NCBI GenBank assembly: GCA_018702695.1
Contig: JABIYR010000158.1
Location: 2,541 to 66,540, forward strand
Direction of reading: 5' to 3'
DNA from: Nitrospina sp.
GTDB lineage: Bacteria; Nitrospinota; Nitrospinia; Nitrospinales; VA-1
Length of the DNA: 64,000 nucleotides
Shown here one piece after another: positions 52,696 to 61,994 of the stretch (position 1 is its first letter; every line of letters starts with the position of its first letter). The translations under genes and the position numbers were made by a program. The notes below the pieces were generated by a model, which had not been told where the DNA came from, did not search any database, and worked only from the letters and a program-made list of their open reading frames with translations.

Positions 52696-54261
52696 GTGAT
52701 ATTTTTTAATGTAAGCCACGCTGAGTTTCGTTTAAACAATATCAAAAATTTCTCCTTTAGCTTAACACACCTCTTGACCCGTCCTTCTACAACTTTAAAG
52801 CGTTCTATTTGGTCAGCGCTATTTTGTTGGAGCGCAGTTTCTATTATTCTGCACGCCTTTTATATCCAGACTCCTTTTGTGAGTATGGAGTATGTTTTTG
52901 CGCAGGCCACACAAAACCTTCTCAGCTCTGAAAATAATTTGGCCCATTACTGGTCCATGCAAGCCAACCCCTTGGGTTATGTCTGGGTCTCCACGCTGAT
53001 TCACTTTCTTCTGGGAGAGCCGAGTGGCTTCTGGAGTTATCGACTTGCATCGCTCTTAGGTTTAGTGGCGATTTTGGGTGCTGGGGCTATGGTTGCTTCC
53101 ACTCTAAAGTCAGACTGCCGACGAGCGTTTCATTTATGGTGCGCGTTGGTGACGTTTTCTCCCTTGATATGGGTGTTCTCGGGGCGGGCGACCGCAGATG
53201 TTTTGCCAATGGGTTTGTTAGGGTTGAGCTTGGCTCTGGTCTATAAAAATGAAGCCAGAACCAGTGGCTTGGCTTCAATATTGTTTTTATTTGCATCCAT
53301 TGTTAAATACCACGCTTTGTTGATGGCCCCCGGGTTCATCTATATTTTCTGGTATCAGAGTCAGAATAATGGAGAGTGGATCAAGAGATGCGGACAGTTT
53401 TTTCTATTGCCTCTATTGGGGTTCCTTTTATATTTGTGGGGTATATACAATCAGTACGGTTTTTTTCTAGTTGCAGAGACTCACTCGCAAACTCATAAAT
53501 TCGAACCGGCTAATTTCCTCAAAACATTTTCTTTGTATGCCGGTTATCTGGGCATATTGCTGGGGCCTGTTGCCTGGGTCAGCCTTCTCAATGTCCGCAA
53601 AAACTGGCCTGGAAAATGGCTGATTCTCATCGGATTTGGGCTGGGGTTCGGGTTCTGGGTGGACTCATTAGAAACCATGGGGGAGATGAACTATGGGCCT
53701 TTTGACTGGATACTCAATCGCTCGATGTTATTTTTGGTGAAAAGTATGGGAGCCATTGTTTTTGGATTTCTTATTTTGGATTGCATTGTAGAAGCCAGAA
53801 AACATAAGAATGCGGTGGCGGGGTTTGTTTTGACCGTATGCATTCCTTTTTTGTTAGTTTGTTCTGCCAGTCGTCCTGCTCAGCGATATCTGATTTTCCT
53901 AATCCCTTTGATTTTCTATTATCTGGTTTTTTATCGCATGCAGGGGCACAAAATTTATAGGGTGGTTCTTGGTTGGGGCACAGTGGGGATTTTTGTCTTA
54001 GCCAATTTATTTGCGGTAAATTATCAAGTTGCGCAAGCTCGTGCCGCCGATAATATGGCTCACTGGCTGATTGAAAATAAGTTGATCGAAGAAACTCTAC
54101 CGGGGAGCATTAATACCCATAGTGGGCAATATTTTATCCCATTTATAACCACCCAAAAAACGCGGACGGTTTTGCAGGGTTCGGGCGATATTGCAACGGC
54201 CTTGCATGCGGAAAAAGTGGTGGTTTTTGGCAGAACTCTGAAAACTTATTACCTGAATTAG
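52696..54261 (+). CDS. GT-C fold membrane glycosyltransferase (family 39/83-like); start codon uncertain
   Basis: 521-aa polytopic membrane ORF from GTG, with an ArnT/PMT_2-like hydrophobic pattern. It is divergent from the TPR-GT-C gene. Confidence 0.55.
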   Translation: MIFFNVSHAEFRLNNIKNFSFSLTHLLTRPSTTLKRSIWSALFCWSAVSIILHAFYIQTPFVSMEYVFAQATQNLLSSENNLAHYWSMQANPLGYVWVSTLIHFLLGEPSGFWSYRLASLLGLVAILGAGAMVASTLKSDCRRAFHLWCALVTFSPLIWVFSGRATADVLPMGLLGLSLALVYKNEARTSGLASILFLFASIVKYHALLMAPGFIYIFWYQSQNNGEWIKRCGQFFLLPLLGFLLYLWGIYNQYGFFLVAETHSQTHKFEPANFLKTFSLYAGYLGILLGPVAWVSLLNVRKNWPGKWLILIGFGLGFGFWVDSLETMGEMNYGPFDWILNRSMLFLVKSMGAIVFGFLILDCIVEARKHKNAVAGFVLTVCIPFLLVCSASRPAQRYLIFLIPLIFYYLVFYRMQGHKIYRVVLGWGTVGIFVLANLFAVNYQVAQARAADNMAHWLIENKLIEETLPGSINTHSGQYFIPFITTQKTRTVLQGSGDIATALHAEKVVVFGRTLKTYYLN

Positions 54262-54444
54262 CCGGAAATTAGGGTTTTTTCAGAATAACCTATACACTTA
54301 TTAAGTGTTTTCTTCATATTATGGGGGGGATTCGTTAAAGGTCATGTTTTGAGATGTCGTTAAGACAGTATTAGAGAAGTGGCTTTCTGGTGATGGGAGA
54401 GCAATTTTACCGTACGAGATACTAACTGAGAGAATCAGAGTTTC

Positions 54445-56697
54445 ATGCCAATAAAACGTCCTAAACATTTGCTGGTGATCGGGGGAGGGGTGTTCCAAGT
54501 TCCTGCTATCAAGACTGCCAAATCGATGGGCTTAAAAGTTGCGGTGACGGATTACAACCCGGAAGCAGAAGGGATGCTTTTGGCCGATTACCCGGTAGAG
54601 GTCAGCACTCGCAATATCAACCTGACCGTTAATATCGCTAAGCAGTTTCATCAAACCTGTCCTCTCGATGGGGTGATAACGGTGGGGACCGATGCCTCTC
54701 AAACTGTCGCGGCAGTTGCTAATGCTTTGAACCTGCCGGGAATTCCCTTTGAAGTGGCTGAACGAGCCACCGATAAAATCAAGATGCGTCAGGTGTTGAA
54801 AGAGAAGGGCGTGCCCGTTCCCGAATTTCGTCCTATCTGGACATTGGACGAAGGACGGTCAGCAGTCAATGAGATGACCCTGCCTCTGGTTATAAAACCC
54901 TGCGATAATATGGGCGCACGCGGGGTGAGAAAAATCGAAAGTCTGGACGATCTGATCCCTGCTTTTCGTGAGGCGAAAGAAGCTTCCATCAGCGGAAAAT
55001 TAATTCTTGAGTCGTTCATGGATGGGCCAGAGTTGAGTTTGGATGCATTGGTGCATGAGGACGATATTCATATTACGGGAGTGGCAGATCGAATCATCGA
55101 ACGCGCGCCTTATTTTGTTGAGATCGGACACACGCTCCCTTCAGCTTTGCCAGCCGATCAACAGGCGGGGGCCGTTGCCGTTTTCAAGCAAGCCATAATT
55201 GCATTGGGAATAGATATTGGGGCGGCGAAGGGGGATATCAAGATAACGCCTGATGGCCCTAAAATTGTTGAGATTGCCGCTCGTTTGAGTGGCGGCTGGA
55301 TGTCTGCTTATACCTACCCTCTCTCTACCGGAGTCAATCTTTACAAAGCGGCTATTCAGATTGCTTTGGGTGAAGAGCCAGGCGATTTGACCGCCAAAAC
55401 CTCTTTGGTTGCGGTCGAGCGGTCGTTATTGCCAACGCCGGGAAAAATCCTCTCTATTAGAGGGGTGGAAGAGGCCCGCAAGATCAAAGGGGTCAAAGAA
55501 ATTATTCTTATGAAAGAAGCCGGGGATATGGCAGAAGAACCCCGCAGTAATATGGGCAAAGTGGGTTATGTCATCACGGTGGGAAAAACTCGCGCCGAAG
55601 CCCTACGCATCAATGACCTGGCTCATCAAACTTTGAAAATCGAAATTGGTGCTTCCAGTGATTTGACCTGGGACATCATCCGTAATAATGCGCGCAAGAA
55701 ATTTTATATTGCCTGCAAAGCCTGCACGGTTTGCGATGGGTTGGAATGCGCGGGCAAAGTCCCCGGCATAGGTGGCATCGGGTCAGGCAGTGCCTTCACC
55801 GAAAACCTGACGGCATTGGCTCGTTATCAGGTCAACCTGAGAACCATTCATAACGTGAAAGCCCCCGATACTTCCGTGGAGTTGTTTGGGCACAAACTGG
55901 CTTTGCCAGTTCTGGCGGCACCGATCACCGGTATGGAAACTAATTTAGCAGGCGGTATGGATGAAAGGGCGTACGCCGATGCCATTCTGGATGGTTGTCT
56001 GGAAAGCGGTACGCTGGGAATGGTTGGCGATGGAGCCAGCCCGCAAAAATATTTGATCGGCTTGGAAGCCATTAAAAAACGCGGTGGGTTGGGAATTCCT
56101 ATCTTCAAGCCAAGGGAATACAACCTCGATATCATCAAGCGGTTCAAAGCCGCTGAAGATGCAGGGGCTCTTGCTGTTGGCATTGACATCGATGCGGCTT
56201 CATTTAAAACCATGACGCTCAAAGGTCAGGCCGTTGGCCCTAAAAGTATCTCTGAATTGCAGGAGTTGAAATCGCATTTGAAAGTGCCTTTTATATTAAA
56301 AGGCATTATGAATGCGGAGTCGGCGTTGGCGGCGATAGAAGCCGGAGCCGATGCCATTGTTGTTTCTAATCATGGCGGAAGAGTGATGGACCATATGCCT
56401 GGAACCGCAGAAGTGCTTCCTGAAATTGTCCACGCTGTGGCAGGGCGAGTTAAAGTGCTTGTTGACGGGGGCGTTCGTGAAGGCGTTGACATACTCAAAA
56501 TGTTAGCATTGGGAGCCGATGCAGTCATGATTGGTAGACCTGTTTGCATTGCGGCGTTTGGGGCTGGGCAGGAAGGGGTTTCCTTTTATTTACGGGAGAA
56601 AATGAACGAGTTGAAGAAAGCCATGATTCTTACAGGCTGTGGCTCCATCCCGAATATTGATCCTTCCATTATTTTCCGTAAAAAGGAGGATCGATAA
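54445..56697 (+). CDS. fusion protein: ATP-grasp carboxylate ligase domain (aa ~1-402) plus FMN-dependent alpha-hydroxy-acid dehydrogenase/oxidase domain (aa ~405-750)
   Basis: The N-terminal half has the pre-ATP-grasp Rossmann-like start HLLVIGGG and the ATP-grasp core PLVIKPCDNMGARGV...ESFMDGPELSLDALV...VEIAARLSGG. The linker is CKACTVCDGLEC. The C-terminal half has the FMN_dh signature VVSNHGGRVMD, DGGVREGVDILKMLALGADAVMIGRP. Confidence 0.8.
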   Translation: MPIKRPKHLLVIGGGVFQVPAIKTAKSMGLKVAVTDYNPEAEGMLLADYPVEVSTRNINLTVNIAKQFHQTCPLDGVITVGTDASQTVAAVANALNLPGIPFEVAERATDKIKMRQVLKEKGVPVPEFRPIWTLDEGRSAVNEMTLPLVIKPCDNMGARGVRKIESLDDLIPAFREAKEASISGKLILESFMDGPELSLDALVHEDDIHITGVADRIIERAPYFVEIGHTLPSALPADQQAGAVAVFKQAIIALGIDIGAAKGDIKITPDGPKIVEIAARLSGGWMSAYTYPLSTGVNLYKAAIQIALGEEPGDLTAKTSLVAVERSLLPTPGKILSIRGVEEARKIKGVKEIILMKEAGDMAEEPRSNMGKVGYVITVGKTRAEALRINDLAHQTLKIEIGASSDLTWDIIRNNARKKFYIACKACTVCDGLECAGKVPGIGGIGSGSAFTENLTALARYQVNLRTIHNVKAPDTSVELFGHKLALPVLAAPITGMETNLAGGMDERAYADAILDGCLESGTLGMVGDGASPQKYLIGLEAIKKRGGLGIPIFKPREYNLDIIKRFKAAEDAGALAVGIDIDAASFKTMTLKGQAVGPKSISELQELKSHLKVPFILKGIMNAESALAAIEAGADAIVVSNHGGRVMDHMPGTAEVLPEIVHAVAGRVKVLVDGGVREGVDILKMLALGADAVMIGRPVCIAAFGAGQEGVSFYLREKMNELKKAMILTGCGSIPNIDPSIIFRKKEDR

Positions 56698-57489
56698 ATG
56701 AAATCAAAAAAAACAGCGTTGAAGGTCGTACCGGTTAAACCCGGTCAAAACCTGCGGTCGGAACTCTTGTTATTGAAAAAACAGTTTGGCGCTTGCGGGT
56801 TAAAACTATCTACGGAAGATGCCGCCATGAGCCTAGAGCAGATTGCTTTTTGGGCAGAGTCCGCAGGCAATGCCCTACCGGCGATGGTGAAAATAGGCGG
56901 CCCGAATGCCCGGAACGATATCAAGCAACTCCTTCCTATGCATATTGATGGATTGATTGCCCCTATGGTGGAATCGCCTTATGGCCTAGAAAATTTTATT
57001 GCCGCTGTGCGTGATTTCACCACCCCGATGCAGTTTGAGCGATTGAAAAAGCAGATTAATATTGAAACGGAAACAGCGGTTCGGCAGTTAGATTCGATTC
57101 TTTCAGCTCCAGAAGCAAAATACATTGATGAGATCACCATTGGCTGTAGTGACCTGTCAGAGTCGATGAAGCAACCGCGGTGGGATGCAAGCTTTATGGC
57201 TCTGGTTGTGCAGGTGGTTAAAAAAATTCAGAAAAATAATATTTCCGTTTCAGTCGGCGGGGGCATCACCCCTGATACCATAGAAGGGTTGTTGGAACAA
57301 GTTCGGCCCGATAAGTTCAATACGCGGGTTATTACCTTTAAGGTGGAGCCAGACCGAGACTACCGCTTAGCGGTTCAATCGGCACTGCGCTTTGAAATAC
57401 TGATGCTTGAGCACGATTCCTGCCATAATTTTATCTCCCGCGATGAAGAAAAATTCCGCATTAAAGAGTTGAAAAAAAGATTGAAATAA
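56698..57489 (+). CDS. HpcH/HpaI aldolase / citrate-lyase-beta (CitE)-like TIM-barrel lyase
   Basis: 263 aa, with its ATG immediately after the upstream TAA. Blocks VKIGGPNARNDIKQLLPMHIDGLIAPMVESPYGLENF and INIETETAVRQLDSIL...ITIGCSDLSESM fit the HpcH/CitE pattern (V-R/K-I/V-N...D-G-hh-h-P-K/M-V-E; IET; G-x-x-DL). Confidence 0.6.
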   Translation: MKSKKTALKVVPVKPGQNLRSELLLLKKQFGACGLKLSTEDAAMSLEQIAFWAESAGNALPAMVKIGGPNARNDIKQLLPMHIDGLIAPMVESPYGLENFIAAVRDFTTPMQFERLKKQINIETETAVRQLDSILSAPEAKYIDEITIGCSDLSESMKQPRWDASFMALVVQVVKKIQKNNISVSVGGGITPDTIEGLLEQVRPDKFNTRVITFKVEPDRDYRLAVQSALRFEILMLEHDSCHNFISRDEEKFRIKELKKRLK

Positions 57490-57560
57490 TAAATTTGAGA
57501 TCGTTGAGAAATCGACATTTTTAGGTGAATTTTGTCTGTGATTATTCTCTCAGGATATGA

Positions 57561-57588
57561 TTGACAAAAAAATGAAATGTCTTACAAT
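57561..57588 (+). promoter_or_regulatory. near-consensus sigma70 promoter for aclBA
   Basis: TTGACA (57561-57566), 16-nt spacer, TACAAT (57583-57588). It lies ~145 nt upstream of the aclB ATG, which is preceded by AGGAG. Confidence 0.55.
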
Positions 57589-57732
57589 ACAACCCTCTAA
57601 TTACCATAAAGCTATATGAACATGAGGTTGACTTGAATTATGTTTGGTGAACCTCCTTTAAAAGTTATTGATTTTTAAGCTTCTCACACCCTAAACCCAT
57701 TTCAATTTAATTTTGGAAGGCAGGAGAAAACG

Positions 57733-59001
57733 ATGCAGATAACTGGCATGCTTTGGGGGCGTAAATTATTGGACCTAGTAGAATTTCCCCATTCTGAAGT
57801 CCGGGGTCCTGAACTCAGTGTTGATGAGATCAAAGACATGATCAAACGACACGGTATGGTATTCATTAAACCTTTGTTTAAAGGCGGCGTGGGTAAAAAA
57901 GGCAAGGCTGGTTTGATGGGTCGGGTCGATAATATTACTGATGCTCTGAAAGAAAAAGAACGTCTTTATTTTGCGGAACATGTAGATGGATTCAGTAAGG
58001 TCAAGTCTGATGGCGTGACCTATGAAGGGGCTGTTCCTGCTGAGTACGAAGTCTATTTTTCTATTTCAGAAAGCACCGAACATCGTTGTCCAATAATGAC
58101 CGTCACTCATCATGGTGGGGTGGATATTGAAGAATTGCCGGAAGATAAAATTAAGGTCGTGCCTTTTGATTCCTTAACCGGGCTGAAAGCGTATCACGTC
58201 TCGAACGCATTGATGGAACTGGGTGCGCCTCCTCAGGTGATCAGCCCATTGGTTCAGAATCTGCCTAAACTTTGGGATCTGTACAATAACTACGGCATGT
58301 TGATGCTGGAGTTGAACCCCATTCGCATGCAACCTGGCAAAGGCGGACGCTTGACACCCGTAGCCTGTGACTTCAAATGTGCATTCGATCAAGATGATCC
58401 GGCTTGGAAGCGTTTGCATCTGCCGGAGCATCTATTTGCTTCTGACTATTCAGAGTTTGAGCAGGAGATCAATCAGCTTCGCACCTATCAAGGGCAGAGT
58501 GACGTATTTGTTATGAATGATAAGGGAACCATCACCGCTCCGACTTTTGGCGGCGGTGCCAACGCCATGGTTACTGAATTGTTGGGTGAAGATGCAACCA
58601 TCTCTTCTGATTTTGGTGGCAACCCCCCTTATGAAAAGATGCATGATATCTCCAGAATCAGTTTTAAATATTGGTTGCCTCAGTCCAATGTGCTGTTCAT
58701 CATTGGCGGTAAAGCTAATAATACGGATATTTACGAAACATTCCGAGCCATGGGTGATGGGTTGCGTGACTTCTTTCAGACACACGGGCCAACTCCTTTG
58801 TTTGTCGTGGTGGGACGAGGCGGTCCCAATGTCATCCGCGGAATGAATTATTTGCAGGAGATTCTCGATTCTTTAGGGCTTCCTTACCGTTTCTTTGGGC
58901 ACGATAGTGCGATGTCTGAAGTCATCAATTACACTCTGGCTGTGAACGAGTGGATGAATAACGGTGGTAAGGATGAGATTAAAGCAAAACTTAAAATTTG
59001 A
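57733..59001 (+). CDS. aclB: ATP-citrate lyase beta (small) subunit, SucC-like ATP-grasp
   Basis: 422 aa. It has the ATP-grasp_2 signature FIKPLFKGGVGKKGKAGLMG and a C-terminal citrate-binding/ligase-CoA-like region. It is directly followed by the large subunit. Confidence 0.85.
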   Translation: MQITGMLWGRKLLDLVEFPHSEVRGPELSVDEIKDMIKRHGMVFIKPLFKGGVGKKGKAGLMGRVDNITDALKEKERLYFAEHVDGFSKVKSDGVTYEGAVPAEYEVYFSISESTEHRCPIMTVTHHGGVDIEELPEDKIKVVPFDSLTGLKAYHVSNALMELGAPPQVISPLVQNLPKLWDLYNNYGMLMLELNPIRMQPGKGGRLTPVACDFKCAFDQDDPAWKRLHLPEHLFASDYSEFEQEINQLRTYQGQSDVFVMNDKGTITAPTFGGGANAMVTELLGEDATISSDFGGNPPYEKMHDISRISFKYWLPQSNVLFIIGGKANNTDIYETFRAMGDGLRDFFQTHGPTPLFVVVGRGGPNVIRGMNYLQEILDSLGLPYRFFGHDSAMSEVINYTLAVNEWMNNGGKDEIKAKLKI

Positions 59002-59098
59002 AGTGACTGTCTCTGTCGGGCATGGCTTGACCGGGGGCAGGGCAAACTCATGAATTTAAAAATATCAATTAAAAGTATTTTCCGTTTTGGAGGTTTGA

Positions 59099-61813
59099 AT
59101 GCATAAGCAAGGTGTGGAAAAATTCCCCTTTTACTGCGGCATTAATTCCTTGTCTGAACTGGCAACTAAAGATGACAGGGTCGTGGTTTTGAATATCCTG
59201 GGTAAAGAAAGCTCAGGCGTAACCCCCATCAGTAATGATTATTCTGGTGGCAATATTGTGTTTGGAACCGGGCCGGGTAAATCCGGTAAATCATTGGTGA
59301 CAAAATCGGGGAAGATTCCGGTTTATAACTCAATCAAAGAAGGTCTCGAAGCCGGTCATAAATTTAATACGGTTGTGGTCTATCTTCCACCTTCCGGGGT
59401 GAAAGATGGTATCGCTGAAGCCGTCCGTGAAAATCCGGATCTGACCAAAGCTATTATTCTTACGGAGAAAGTGTCGGTCAAAGATTCTCGTGTTATGCGA
59501 GCGATTTGTCAGGCCAATGGCGTTGACTTGTTCGGCGGCAATTGTCTGGGACTGGCAGATGCTTGGAACCACGTTCGCCTTGGCGGCGCGCTGGGCGGCA
59601 ATGCACCGGAAGAGTCTCTGGTAAAGGGAACGGTCGCATTGTTCTCCAACTCGGGCAACTTCACCACCACTATCGCGGTTTATCTGACCACCGCAGGCTG
59701 GGGCACGACGACCTCGGTTTCCAGTGGTAAAGACGTTTATATTCAATACGGTGCCAAAGAGTTCTTGCACGCGTTTGATAACGATGAACGTTCAAAAGTG
59801 GCGGTCATGTACAGCGAACCGGGCGGATATTATGAACGCGGACTGAAATCTGATAAACCTATTGTTGCCTGTGTCGTAGGGCGTTGGAAAGCAAGGTTGA
59901 GCAAGGCTTGTGGCCATGCTGGGTCCTTGGCGGGTTCTGGCGACGATGCTTTGGCGAAAGAACAATGGTTCATGGATTATTTTGGCGTGGACGGTGTTTA
60001 CACCCCACAAAAACCCATTTTCTCGAAGAAGGGTGCGTTGGTGACCAACATCGCGCATATTCCGGAAGCGGTTTCCAAAGTCATGGAACTCAATGGCCTG
60101 AAGCCTGATTTTGAACCAAAAGGAACCTTGTCCTTAAAAAGCTGGTTCGGCAATAATCAGGGGCTTGCTTTGCCGCCTGAACTAGATATTCCGACTGTTG
60201 AAGCCGCAAGTCCTTATAACGAGCAGATTGAAGCTCTGAACAAAATGGTTGGCGTTCAACATCGTCGAGAAAACCTCAAGGATGCCAGTGGCGCGTCCAT
60301 GATGGACCCTAAAACGCAGGTTTCTAAAATCCATAACACTTCGATTCTCGACGCTTCTGTCAAGTCTTTTGAATCCAATTTGGTCTTTGCTTTGACACGG
60401 GTTTACCCCTGTGACTATGGCGAAAAAATTGCCAATCTTGTGCTGAATATGTATGTCAATCAGCACGGTCAGGCGACCCTAGCGGCGGCTCAAGCGGCGC
60501 GAGAAAATGGCAATTCTCCCAATACGGTTGTAGCGTCTGCGGTGGCCATTTGTGGGAAAAAAATGGTGCAAAAGGCGATGGACTCATCGAGAGCACTTCT
60601 GGAGTTGTTCCAGTTTAGCAAGATGGACGACCCCTGCGAGAAGTTTGATTACTCCGAGCAACTGAAAGAGGCGGCTAACCATAAGGCTGTACTGCTAGCA
60701 GACGGTGAAGACCCTTGCGCTGAAAAACTTGCCGCATGTCTCAATAAAGCCGGACACTCTGTATTCGTCCAGTTTGTGCAAGACTTGGCAAAAGCCAATG
60801 GTGGCAAACTTTCTACCGATGCGCTGTTCGCCGCGGTATGGGTGACTCTTGGTTGGAGTGCGTTGCGAGGTAAAAAGATTTCTAAAGATACTCTCGTACG
60901 TTTGCCTTGGTACTCACGCATCTATAGCACCATCGTCGGTGTTTCTGCTCCGGCTGAACGACATACCGAAGATAGTATTGCCGGTGTTAAGCTGGAAGAG
61001 TTGATTCCCAATTATAGTTTCACGAAAACGGCATTTGTCACATTGTTGGGGCGTCAGCCTTCCGAGTCAGAGCTTTACGAGTTCCAGGTACTGCTCGGAC
61101 TGATTATCACCAACGGGCCGGGCACGATCTCAGCTCAGGGTTGTAAAGGCGCAGTCAGTGCAGATGGGCCAGAACAGCCACAGCGGGTTCAAGTGAACAA
61201 AGCTTTTATCGGCTTTCTCACACATACCGGTTTCGCACATGGCGGAAACGGTTATGAAGCGGCGGCTTTCTTGTTGGAAAACTTTAAAGATAAGGGCCTC
61301 AAAAATGCCGCTGATACCGGGCATGGGCTAGATCTTGATGCCATGGCATTAGAAGTGGCGAATAAGTATTCTGATTATAAAAAGAAAGAGAAAGCCATTG
61401 GCAATCTTGATTATGCCAAATTGCCTTGTGTTAACCACCCTGTGTTTAAAGGGAAAGATGTTAACTACGATCCACGAGAAGTTTTTGTACGAGACCTGTT
61501 TAAAGAAAAAGGCATCAATAATGTGTTCCTTGATTTTTATCACAGCCTTGTCGAAGCTTTGTTTAAAACTAAAGTCAGCAAAAATGTTTATTGCGTAAAC
61601 ATTGACGCGGTCATTGCGGTCATTCTGCTCAAAGTGGTCTGGTCTGACTTCAGTGGTGGCAACATGAAAGAAGAGGATATTGAGTCTGCTAGTTTTGCAA
61701 CCTTCTTGTTTGGCAGGATGATAGGTTGTGCGGCAGAAATTGATGACCACACTTCTCGTGGTAAAAATATGGATACTCGAACCCCGGCCAGCAAAGTTCG
61801 CTGGGTGGGTTGA
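59099..61813 (+). CDS. aclA: ATP-citrate lyase alpha (large) subunit, unusually long: SucD-like CoA-binding/phosphohistidine domain, ~300-aa extra region, then citrate-synthase-like citryl-CoA lyase domain
   Basis: 904 aa, RBS GGAGG. Phosphohistidine loop is ACGHAGSLAGSG (His273). CS-like catalytic blocks are GFAHGGNG (aa ~711-717) and VNHPVFKGKDVNYDPRE (aa ~778-794), plus EIDDH near the C-terminus. Confidence 0.85.
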   Translation: MHKQGVEKFPFYCGINSLSELATKDDRVVVLNILGKESSGVTPISNDYSGGNIVFGTGPGKSGKSLVTKSGKIPVYNSIKEGLEAGHKFNTVVVYLPPSGVKDGIAEAVRENPDLTKAIILTEKVSVKDSRVMRAICQANGVDLFGGNCLGLADAWNHVRLGGALGGNAPEESLVKGTVALFSNSGNFTTTIAVYLTTAGWGTTTSVSSGKDVYIQYGAKEFLHAFDNDERSKVAVMYSEPGGYYERGLKSDKPIVACVVGRWKARLSKACGHAGSLAGSGDDALAKEQWFMDYFGVDGVYTPQKPIFSKKGALVTNIAHIPEAVSKVMELNGLKPDFEPKGTLSLKSWFGNNQGLALPPELDIPTVEAASPYNEQIEALNKMVGVQHRRENLKDASGASMMDPKTQVSKIHNTSILDASVKSFESNLVFALTRVYPCDYGEKIANLVLNMYVNQHGQATLAAAQAARENGNSPNTVVASAVAICGKKMVQKAMDSSRALLELFQFSKMDDPCEKFDYSEQLKEAANHKAVLLADGEDPCAEKLAACLNKAGHSVFVQFVQDLAKANGGKLSTDALFAAVWVTLGWSALRGKKISKDTLVRLPWYSRIYSTIVGVSAPAERHTEDSIAGVKLEELIPNYSFTKTAFVTLLGRQPSESELYEFQVLLGLIITNGPGTISAQGCKGAVSADGPEQPQRVQVNKAFIGFLTHTGFAHGGNGYEAAAFLLENFKDKGLKNAADTGHGLDLDAMALEVANKYSDYKKKEKAIGNLDYAKLPCVNHPVFKGKDVNYDPREVFVRDLFKEKGINNVFLDFYHSLVEALFKTKVSKNVYCVNIDAVIAVILLKVVWSDFSGGNMKEEDIESASFATFLFGRMIGCAAEIDDHTSRGKNMDTRTPASKVRWVG

Positions 61814-61879
61814 CGCTCATCATTGCCCTTTGTTCCTGTTTAGGGTGATGATTGTTGAGTGAGTAAAAATAAAGAAAAA

Positions 61880-61912
61880 GCCTTCATCCCCTTCTGGGGT
61901 GAAGGCTTTTTT
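61880..61912 (+). terminator. rho-independent terminator after aclA
   Basis: GCCTTCATCCCC-ttct-GGGGTGAAGGC (one bulge), followed by TTTTTT. Confidence 0.8.
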
Positions 61913-61994
61913 GATTTTTAAGGAAAGTTTTGGTAAATATAGTCATAGGTTTTGCGAATGTTAAAGTTTTGAGACGTTCAAGGGGAGAAACGAT

